A stretch of DNA of 48,094 nt, taken from the NCBI GenBank assembly GCA_049964515.1, contig JBMFXF010000001.1, forward strand, positions 1-48,094, in the 5' to 3' direction. The DNA is from Acetobacteraceae bacterium. Lineage in GTDB: Bacteria; Pseudomonadota; Alphaproteobacteria; Acetobacterales; Acetobacteraceae. The translations under genes and the position numbers were made by a program. Shown here one piece after another: positions 34,873-41,913 of the stretch. Numbering within the stretch: position 1 is the first letter of the stretch; the number at the start of each line of letters is the position of its first letter. Under the pieces are notes generated by a model, which saw nothing but the letters and a program-made list of their open reading frames with translations, was not told where the DNA came from and did no database searches.

Positions 34873-37011
34873 ATGCCGAGCGACACGTCCGCGAGTTCCA
34901 CGCCGATGGTGACGCTGTCGGTGTCCCCCGACCCCGGGTTCACGCTGAATCTGGACCGGCTGGAGGGCACCGAGCGCCTGGGCCGGCCGTTCACCTACCG
35001 GCTGTTCCTGTCCAGCACCAAGGCCAAGCCCAACCTCACCTCGGTGCTGGGCAGTTCGGTCACGGTGACGCTGACCAACCCCGACAAATCGAAGCGCTAT
35101 TTCAACGGGATCGTCGGACGGATCGCCTATGCGGGGATGCGCGCCGGCGGGCGCACCTATGTGATGGAGCTACGACCGTGGATCTGGCTGCTGTCGCACC
35201 GCAAGGATTGCCGGATTTTCCAGAACCAGACCGTCTATGACGTCATCACCACGGTGTGCAAGGATGCGGGGTTCACCGATCTCGAGGACAACCGCAAAGG
35301 CTCGCCCAAAGCCGGCAGCCAGAGCCTGGAATACTGCGTGCAGTACGACGAGACCTCGCTGGACTTCATCACGCGGCTGATGGAAGAATACGGCATCTAT
35401 TATTACTACAAGCACAGCGATGGCAAGCACACCATCGTGCTGGCGGACGATCCGTCGTCGCACGATTCGATCGGCGCGGCGCTGCCGTTCGCCCTGCGCC
35501 AGACCGGATCGCGCGCGGTGCAGGAGCATCTGTGGCAGTGGTCCTCTGAGCTTTCCGTGCAATCGGGCAAGGTCACGTATTCGGACTACAATTTCGAAAC
35601 TTCCACGGTGCCGTTGACCACCTCGACCGGGGCCGGTCCGGCGCCCTATAAATACGGGGATTTCGAGCTGTTCGACTACCCGGGCCGGTATCTGACCGTC
35701 TCCGACGGCACCCCGCTCACCGATGTGCGGCTACAGGGTCTGGCGTGGCAGGAACTGGTGAAGTTCGGTACCACCAATTCGCGCAAGCTGGCCACAGGGT
35801 CGAAGTTCTCGATGTCCGGCTTCTTCGATGCCGCCGAGAACGGCAGCTACGTGGTGATCGAGGCGACCTACGCGCTCAACCTGTCGGAGGCGAAATCCGC
35901 CACCGCCGGGGAGACGCGCCACGTCTTCACCGTACGGTTCCAGGCACTCACCGACACCACCACCTTCCGCCTGCCGCGGGTGACGCCGCGCCCGCGCATC
36001 CACGGGGCGCAGACGGCCCGCGTGGTGACCACCCCCACGGGTGCGGCCACCGACGAGATCGTGACCGACGAATACGGCCGCATCCTGGTGCTGTTCCCGT
36101 GGGCACGACCGGATTCGCCGGCGACGCAGACGGAGACGCAGCAGAACGCACAGAAGGCCTCGTGCTGGATCCGGGTGGCGCAGCTGTGGGCGGGCGTGTC
36201 CTGGGGGGCGATGTTCATCCCCCGGGTCGGGATGGAGGTGGTGGTCACCTTCCTGGAAGGCGACCCGGACCGGCCGCTGGCGGTGGGCTGCGTCTATAAC
36301 GACAAGCAGACCGTGCCCTACGCGCTGCCCGGCGAGAAGACCAAATCCACCATCAAGAGCAATTCGTCGGAGGGCGGCGGCGGGTTCAACGAGCTGCGCT
36401 TCGAGGACAAGAAGAACAGCGAGGAGGTCTATTTCCACGCCCAGAAGGACTACAACAAGGAAGTCCTGAACAACGAGACGGTGACGATCACCCAGAACAC
36501 CACCACCACGGTGCAGAAGGGGAACCGGTCGGTCACGGTGTCGGAGGGAAACAATTCGCTCACGGTCTCGAAGGGAAACAACTCGACCACCGTTTCCCAG
36601 GGGAATGAATCACTCACCGTCTCGCAAGGCACCAGCACCACGAAGGTGTATGGCGATACCACGCTGAAGGTCGAATCCGGCGACCACAAAATCACGGTTG
36701 ATGAAGGTGACAGCAGCCTGACGGTGACGCTCGGCGACCACAAGATCGAGGCCACCGCCGGCTCCTCCACCTACAAGACCGGCGGCGACATCACCATCGA
36801 TTCCGGTGGCAGCATCACCATCAAGGCCGCCAACCAGATCACCATCCAGGTGGGGTCGAGTTCGATCACCATCACCTCCGACAGCATCTCGGTCTCCACC
36901 TCCAGCTTCTCGGTCAGCGGGAAGTCCATCTCCCTCGCCGCCGGCGGCAGCAGCCAGTCGATGTCGAGCACCTCGATTTCGCTCACCTCGCCCTCCATCG
37001 CGCTGAACTAG
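34873..37011 (+). CDS. vgrG: T6SS spike protein VgrG (no C-terminal effector extension evident)
   Basis: 712 aa. gp27-like N-terminus (LEGTERLGRPFTYRLFL, YFNGIV, ELRPWIWLL, FQNQTVYDVI, EYCVQYDETSLDFITRLMEEYGIYYYY). gp5 OB-fold region (CWIRVAQLWAG..WGAMFIPRVGMEVVVTFLEGDPDRPL). C-terminal beta-helix repeats (VTVSEGNNSLTVSKGNNSTTVSQGNESLTVSQG...). Confidence 0.92.
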   Translation: MPSDTSASSTPMVTLSVSPDPGFTLNLDRLEGTERLGRPFTYRLFLSSTKAKPNLTSVLGSSVTVTLTNPDKSKRYFNGIVGRIAYAGMRAGGRTYVMELRPWIWLLSHRKDCRIFQNQTVYDVITTVCKDAGFTDLEDNRKGSPKAGSQSLEYCVQYDETSLDFITRLMEEYGIYYYYKHSDGKHTIVLADDPSSHDSIGAALPFALRQTGSRAVQEHLWQWSSELSVQSGKVTYSDYNFETSTVPLTTSTGAGPAPYKYGDFELFDYPGRYLTVSDGTPLTDVRLQGLAWQELVKFGTTNSRKLATGSKFSMSGFFDAAENGSYVVIEATYALNLSEAKSATAGETRHVFTVRFQALTDTTTFRLPRVTPRPRIHGAQTARVVTTPTGAATDEIVTDEYGRILVLFPWARPDSPATQTETQQNAQKASCWIRVAQLWAGVSWGAMFIPRVGMEVVVTFLEGDPDRPLAVGCVYNDKQTVPYALPGEKTKSTIKSNSSEGGGGFNELRFEDKKNSEEVYFHAQKDYNKEVLNNETVTITQNTTTTVQKGNRSVTVSEGNNSLTVSKGNNSTTVSQGNESLTVSQGTSTTKVYGDTTLKVESGDHKITVDEGDSSLTVTLGDHKIEATAGSSTYKTGGDITIDSGGSITIKAANQITIQVGSSSITITSDSISVSTSSFSVSGKSISLAAGGSSQSMSSTSISLTSPSIALN

Positions 37012-37017
37012 GGCCCG

Positions 37018-38445
37018 ATGTCCGACCTCGCCACCATCATCCGCCGCCCGCGCCCCGCGCCGCCCCCGCCGGCGTTGCTGGCCGGGCTGCGGGCGCTGGC
37101 GGAGCTGCCGGTTCGCCCCGAGGGCCCGCCGCCCAACGATCCGCGGCGCGCGATCGAGGCGATCATCGCCGAGCTCGACCGCATCATGGGCGAGATGATC
37201 GAGCGGATCCTGCACCACCCGGAGTTCCAGGCCCTCGAGGCCACCTGGCGGGGCGTGCGGCTGTTGCTGGACGGCGCCGACGGCGACCCGGCCGTGAAGA
37301 TCCGGCTGTTCGACATCTCCAAGCGCGAACTCGCGCGCACGCTTCGCAAGTTCCGCGGCACCGCCTGGGACCAGAGCCCGCTGTTCCGCCGCATCTACGA
37401 CGAGGAATACGGCCAGTTCGGCGGCCAGCCGTTCGGCGTGCTGGTAGGCGACTACGCCTTCGACCACAGCGCGCCGGACGTGACCTTGCTGTCCGATATC
37501 GCGCGCATCGCCGCCGCCGCGCATGTCCCGTTCATCGCTGCCGCCGCGCCCAGCCTGATGCAGATGGACAGCTGGTCGGAACTCGCGAACCCGCGCGACA
37601 TCTCCCGCCTGTTCCGCACCCCGGAATACACCGCCTGGCGGGCGCTGCGGCAGGGCGAGGACACGCGCTATATCGGCCTCTGCCTGCCGCGCTTCCTGGC
37701 CCGGCTGCCCTATGGCTACCGCACCGAACCGGTCGATGCCTTCGCCTTCGAGGAGGAGGTGGACGGGCCGGACGACCGCAACTTCCTGTGGGCCAACCCG
37801 GCCTATGCGATGGCCGGCAACATCGCCCGCGCGTTCCGCCTCTATGGCTGGTGCGTGCGCATCCGCGGTATTGACGGCGGCGGGCTGGTGCAGGGGTTGC
37901 CGGAATATCATTTCCCTACCGCGGATGGTGACGCCGACCCGCGCTGTTCGGTGGAGATCGCGCTGTCGGAGCGGCGGGAATCCGAGCTCGCGGCCAACGG
38001 GCTGATCCCGCTGGTGCATCTGCGCAATGGCGACGGGACGGCCTTCGTCGGCGCCCCGTCGTTGCAGGAGCCCGCGGTCTATGACGCCCCCGACGCCACC
38101 GCCAACGCGGTGATGTCGGCCCGGCTGCCCTATATCTTCGCCACCTGCCGATTCGCGCATTATCTGAAATGCATGGTGCGCGATAAGATCGGAACCTCGA
38201 TGGATGGGCCGGCGATCGAACGCTGGCTGCAGAGCTGGATCAACGGCTACGTCGATGGGTCTCCCCAGACCTCGTCGGAGGAGCACAAGGCCTCGCATCC
38301 GCTGGCGGATGCCTCGATCAAGCTCGAGGCACGGCAAGATCAGCCTGGCACCTACGAGGCACGGTTCTTCATCCGCCCGCACTATCAGCTGGAAGCGTCC
38401 ACGGCGACGGTGCGGTTGTTGTCGAAACTCGCGGGGACGTCGTGA
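37018..38445 (+). CDS. tssC: T6SS contractile sheath large subunit TssC (VipB/ImpC/EvpB)
   Basis: 475 aa. ILHHPEFQALEATWRGVRLLL, PRFLARLPYG, RIRGIDGGGLVQGLP, LPYIFATCRFAHYLKCMVRDKIG and FIRPHYQLE are full-length TssC hallmarks. Starts 6 nt after the vgrG stop, with no tssB in front. Confidence 0.93.
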   Translation: MSDLATIIRRPRPAPPPPALLAGLRALAELPVRPEGPPPNDPRRAIEAIIAELDRIMGEMIERILHHPEFQALEATWRGVRLLLDGADGDPAVKIRLFDISKRELARTLRKFRGTAWDQSPLFRRIYDEEYGQFGGQPFGVLVGDYAFDHSAPDVTLLSDIARIAAAAHVPFIAAAAPSLMQMDSWSELANPRDISRLFRTPEYTAWRALRQGEDTRYIGLCLPRFLARLPYGYRTEPVDAFAFEEEVDGPDDRNFLWANPAYAMAGNIARAFRLYGWCVRIRGIDGGGLVQGLPEYHFPTADGDADPRCSVEIALSERRESELAANGLIPLVHLRNGDGTAFVGAPSLQEPAVYDAPDATANAVMSARLPYIFATCRFAHYLKCMVRDKIGTSMDGPAIERWLQSWINGYVDGSPQTSSEEHKASHPLADASIKLEARQDQPGTYEARFFIRPHYQLEASTATVRLLSKLAGTS

Positions 38446-38460
38446 ACACGGGAGGACCCT

Positions 38461-39180
38461 ATGGCTGACAATGACTCCACGGACATGCTGATGGCGGTGA
38501 CGGGGCAGAACGGGGGCAAGCTGGCGGGTCAGGGGCTGGCCGCGCTCGACACCAGCGATACGGAGATGCTCGACGGGATCACCGCCGGATTTTTCACCGA
38601 GATCCAGGATATCAGCTTCGGCATCGGGGTGGAGGACAGCGAAACCTCAAGCTCCTCGGGCCCGGTGAACGCGGTGCACGACATGCAGGCGCAGACGCTC
38701 GAGACGGTGCAGAAGCACCTCGAGAACGTGCTGGCCGAGCAGGTCAAGGGCAAGATGCCCAAGATGGGCACCCGGAGCAAAGGCAAGCAGTTCAAGAATT
38801 TCGTCGATACCGGCCGGGTCACCGATGACGACGATAATCCGGTCTATTCCACCGTGTTCGACCCGATCACGATCACCCGCGCGATCGACCAGATGTCGCC
38901 ATTCATTCTTTACAACTGCGCCTACCAGAAGGCGCTGCAGAGCATCGTGGTCGTGAAGCGGAAAGTCACCGGAAATACCGGGTTCCACGAAGCGTTCGTC
39001 CGGCTGCAGTTCGACGAATGCCTGATCACCGCGGTGGACTGGGACCACGGCGATACGTTCACCGAGAAGATGAAATTCGTCTATCGCACGCTTACCGTGA
39101 AATATCGCCCGCAAAGCAACGACGGCACCCTGGCGGCGCCCAAGACCATGACCTACTCGATGACGATGCAGTCAGCCTAG
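38461..39180 (+). CDS. hcp: Hcp-family inner tube protein with a large internal insertion
   Basis: 239 aa. It aligns by eye to P. aeruginosa Hcp1 segments: DMLMAVTGQNGGK~DMFIKIGDVKGES, IQDISFGIG~IDVLAWSWG, ITITRAIDQMSPFILYNCAYQKALQSIVVVKRK~LSFTKYIDKSTPNLMMACSSGKHYPQAKLTIRK, TEKMKFVYRTLTVKYRPQSNDG~TENVTLNFAQVQVDYQPQKADG. About 75 aa separate the second and third blocks, against about 17 in Hcp1. Confidence 0.8.
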   Translation: MADNDSTDMLMAVTGQNGGKLAGQGLAALDTSDTEMLDGITAGFFTEIQDISFGIGVEDSETSSSSGPVNAVHDMQAQTLETVQKHLENVLAEQVKGKMPKMGTRSKGKQFKNFVDTGRVTDDDDNPVYSTVFDPITITRAIDQMSPFILYNCAYQKALQSIVVVKRKVTGNTGFHEAFVRLQFDECLITAVDWDHGDTFTEKMKFVYRTLTVKYRPQSNDGTLAAPKTMTYSMTMQSA

Positions 39181-40380
39181 CGCGCTCGCCAACAGCTCGG
39201 CGTCGCACCCTTGCGTGCAATGCCGGGCCAGGAACGGCGAACCGCCAAGCGTGGCCTGCATCCGCTCGGCGAAGCTCATCGCCAGCAGCCCGGTACCGGC
39301 GGCCGGATGCGTCTCCGGCACCTGCCATTTCAGCGCCGCCATCGCCTTCGCCTCCAGCGCCGCCTTCACCGACCCGGCGGTGACCAGCCGCGACGGTTGC
39401 GGCGGCAGCTGCGGCAGGCGCTGCATGATTTCCGCCAGCGCCGTCTCGGGCGTCTTGCCGGCCAGCTTCACCCCCAGCTGCTCCGACACCTGGCGCAGGG
39501 TCGCGTTCAACGATGCCTGCACCTTCGCCGCCACCGCGGCATAGCCCTGCTGCAACGGATTGCCGCCCAGACTGGCGGTGAGGCGCTTCACCGCGGACAT
39601 GGCCGAGGACAGCGTGTTCATCACCGCGGTCTCCTCCGCCGTCAGCGTCGGCACTTTCACCTGGGTCAGGCTGCGCATGGCCGCCGCGAGTTTCGCAGTG
39701 TCGCCAGGAGCGATGCCAAGCTGGCGGGTGGCGGCGATCATCGGCGCCAGCTCGCGCAGGCGCTGCGCGAACGGCTCCCACTGCGCCATCGGCTGCCCGC
39801 CGGGGTTGGTGAACTGCTTCAGCTGCGCCGGGGTGGGCGCGAAGACCGGGCTCGAAGTGGCGGATTGCACCGCCGTCACCGCGTCGTTCAAGGTCGCCAG
39901 CCGCACCCAGGGACGGGGCGAGAATTGCGCCACCGCCGGATTATGCGCCAGCGCCGCCAGCCGCGCCTTCATGGTGGCCAGCGCCGCGGAAAACGCCTGC
40001 GCCTGCGCCGGATGCAGCAGATCCAGCCCCAGCTGCGCCTGCGCCTGCGCGCGCAGCTGCCCCAGCAGCGAAACGGTGCCGCCCTGCAACGGCGTCATCT
40101 GCATCTGCGGCAGCGGGGTGCGCAGCCATTGCGGGTCCGGGGTGAATGCCGGCCCCGGCAGCTCGCGGGTGCCCAGCCATTGCCACAGCGCCTTGGCGAT
40201 GTTTTCCCCGCGCAGCCCGGTGCCCACCAACGGCAGGGTTGGCGGCGCCGCGCTCCCGCCGGCCGGGGCCGAGACGGACGCCGACGCGCCGGCCGACGCC
40301 CCGCCGGCCGGCGGGGGATGGGAGAACTGCGACACGAAATGTTCGATCTTGCCGACCGAGGCGTGGCAGAAGCAGACCAA
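39172..40380 (-). CDS. Hypothetical 402-aa Ala/Leu/Gln-rich helical protein, last gene of the tagF-pppA transcription unit
   Basis: Minus-strand frame has GC-rich third positions and a balanced composition. Both plus-strand ORFs over this region are Arg/Gly/His-rich shadows. Starts 10 nt after the pppA stop. Its 3' end overlaps the hcp 3' end by 9 nt (convergent). No family recognised. Confidence 0.7.
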   Translation of the reverse strand: MVCFCHASVGKIEHFVSQFSHPPPAGGASAGASASVSAPAGGSAAPPTLPLVGTGLRGENIAKALWQWLGTRELPGPAFTPDPQWLRTPLPQMQMTPLQGGTVSLLGQLRAQAQAQLGLDLLHPAQAQAFSAALATMKARLAALAHNPAVAQFSPRPWVRLATLNDAVTAVQSATSSPVFAPTPAQLKQFTNPGGQPMAQWEPFAQRLRELAPMIAATRQLGIAPGDTAKLAAAMRSLTQVKVPTLTAEETAVMNTLSSAMSAVKRLTASLGGNPLQQGYAAVAAKVQASLNATLRQVSEQLGVKLAGKTPETALAEIMQRLPQLPPQPSRLVTAGSVKAALEAKAMAALKWQVPETHPAAGTGLLAMSFAERMQATLGGSPFLARHCTQGCDAELLASALG

Positions 40381-40390
40381 CCCCGCCTCC

Positions 40391-41116
40391 TCAATCCGCT
40401 TCCGTGGCGATCACCACGGCGGTCACGTTGTCATTGGTCTTGCGCTCGAGGGCCGCGGCCACCAGCGCCTCCGCCGGCGAGGACTCGAGCGGGCCGGCCA
40501 GCAGCATCTGCAACTCCGCCGCGTCCACCGCCTTGCTCAGACCGTCGCTGCACAGCAGGAACCGGTCCCCGGACTGAAGCCGGTCGGTGACCTTGTCCAG
40601 CGCGAAATCCTCCACCGCCGCCCCCACCGCGCGGGTGATGACGTTGTTATAGGGATGATGCTCGGCGGCCTCGGCGGTGATCTGCCCGGAATCCACCAGC
40701 TCCTGCACCAGGCTGTGGTCGCGCGAGATCTGCGTCAGCGTGCCGTCGCGCAGCAGATAGGCCCGCGAATCCCCAGCCCACAGGCAGGCGAAATACCCGT
40801 CGCGCACCACCAGCATCACCACCGTGGAGGCGATGGTGACATCCGGGCCGCGGCTTTCCGCCTCCTCCCGCAAGGCCTCGTGAACGCCGGTCACCCGCGC
40901 CCGCACCATCGCCAGCAGCTCGGCGGCGGGAAGCTCGGTGGGAATGGCCTCCAGCGCGGCGACGATCATGCCGGAGGCGACCTCCCCGGCATCGTGCCCG
41001 CCGGCGCCGTCGGCCACCGCCCACAGCCCCAGGTCGGGGCGGTTGACCAGCGCATCCTCGTTATGGTCGCGCACCGCGCCGACATCGGTGGCTGCCCAGG
41101 AGAGCAGGGTGCTCAC
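40391..41116 (-). CDS. pppA: PP2C-family Ser/Thr phosphatase (T6SS PppA-like)
   Basis: 241 aa from GTG 41116 (GTGA overlap with the tagF stop). TDVGAVRDHNEDA, WAVADGAGGHDAGEVAS, GDSRAYLLRDG, LLCSDGL and DNVTAVV are PP2C motifs. Confidence 0.85.
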   Translation of the reverse strand: MSTLLSWAATDVGAVRDHNEDALVNRPDLGLWAVADGAGGHDAGEVASGMIVAALEAIPTELPAAELLAMVRARVTGVHEALREEAESRGPDVTIASTVVMLVVRDGYFACLWAGDSRAYLLRDGTLTQISRDHSLVQELVDSGQITAEAAEHHPYNNVITRAVGAAVEDFALDKVTDRLQSGDRFLLCSDGLSKAVDAAELQMLLAGPLESSPAEALVAAALERKTNDNVTAVVIATEAD

Positions 41117-41835
41117 AGCGCCTCCGCGGCGGTGCCGGCGATCATCGCCAGGAACGCCTCGGCACCGGGCAAGGTGGCGAAGCGGCGATGGCCGGGTTCG
41201 ACCCGCGGTCCGCCCTCGGTCCAGAACGCGGCGCCATCGGCCAGATCGGGGGCCGCGATCGGGGCGGCGCCCATCAGCCCCGGCAGGGCATCGGGCGCGA
41301 TGTCCTGTTCCAGCGCGGCGCGGCCGGCGGCTTCGCAACGGTCCAGCCAGTCGGCATCGCCGCCGGCCTGGCGGGCGGCGCCGGCGGGAAACAACGCGGC
41401 GAAGCTCATCGGGAAATAGCGCCCGGCGCGATCGACGCTGGGCAGCATCACCCCCAGCACCGCCTCCGGCCCGGCCAGACCGGGGGCCAGGGCGAAGCGC
41501 CAGACCGGCGCCTCCAGCCAGGCCGCCACCCAGCCGGCGCCCAGACTGGACTGGCTGCCGCCCAGCCGGTCGGCCAGCCAGGCATCCCATGGCCGGGTGA
41601 ACGCGGCCGGCAGCTGCAAGGTGACGAAATCCCCGCGCGAGGGCAGCTTGCCGTAGAACCCGGCGATGATGGCGGCTCCGGTCACGGGCGCCGACCCGGC
41701 CGGGCGCGAGTGCGTGCGTGAAGCTGCCAAGACGTCATCGCGCGGCCGGTTCCGAACTGGAGGATGGACAATTCCCCTGCCGGGCCGAGTTTGTCTCAAA
41801 GCACCGCGTCGGCGCAAGCGTTCCGGCGCCGGCAA
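41113..41835 (-). CDS. tagF: T6SS-associated regulator TagF (ImpM, DUF2094)
   Basis: GFYGKLPSRGDFV, PVWRFAL and LGVMLPSVDRAGRYFPMSFAALF are TagF hallmarks. The start is uncertain: ATG 41835 gives a 50-aa Arg-rich leader, and the in-frame GTG at 41685 (..VTGAAIIAGFYGKLP) is a plausible true start. Confidence 0.8.
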   Translation of the reverse strand: MPAPERLRRRGALRQTRPGRGIVHPPVRNRPRDDVLAASRTHSRPAGSAPVTGAAIIAGFYGKLPSRGDFVTLQLPAAFTRPWDAWLADRLGGSQSSLGAGWVAAWLEAPVWRFALAPGLAGPEAVLGVMLPSVDRAGRYFPMSFAALFPAGAARQAGGDADWLDRCEAAGRAALEQDIAPDALPGLMGAAPIAAPDLADGAAFWTEGGPRVEPGHRRFATLPGAEAFLAMIAGTAAEAL

Positions 41836-41913
41836 CCGCCCGAAGGGCGTGGCGGATGGCGTTGGCGTTGTTCGCGGAATCCTCCCCGGGTGAAATCGCC
41901 CGCCGCCGGCCGG

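Noticed and set aside
36480-36960. Highly repetitive stretch in vgrG (..acggtgtcggagggaaacaattcgctcacggtctcgaagggaaacaac..), considered as a possible tandem repeat or CRISPR-like array.
   Set aside because: The repeats are in frame, degenerate and without unique spacers. They encode the VgrG beta-helix (TVSxGNxSxTVSxG). No CRISPR array exists anywhere in the window.
37018-38445. Searched for a tssB hidden upstream of, or fused to, the canonical tssC, and for small gp25-like (tssE) ORFs anywhere in the locus.
   Set aside because: vgrG ends 6 nt before tssC. The TssC N-terminus is of ordinary length. No ORF of 120-180 aa with TssB or TssE motifs is present in any frame between 28087 and 41835.
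39211-41419. Plus-strand ORFs 39211..40590 (459 aa) and 39560..41419 (619 aa) across orf402 and pppA.
   Set aside because: Their composition is extreme in Arg/Gly/His/Pro or Ala/Ser/Cys/Arg. The minus strand encodes a clear PP2C phosphatase and a compositionally normal ORF with GC-rich third positions.
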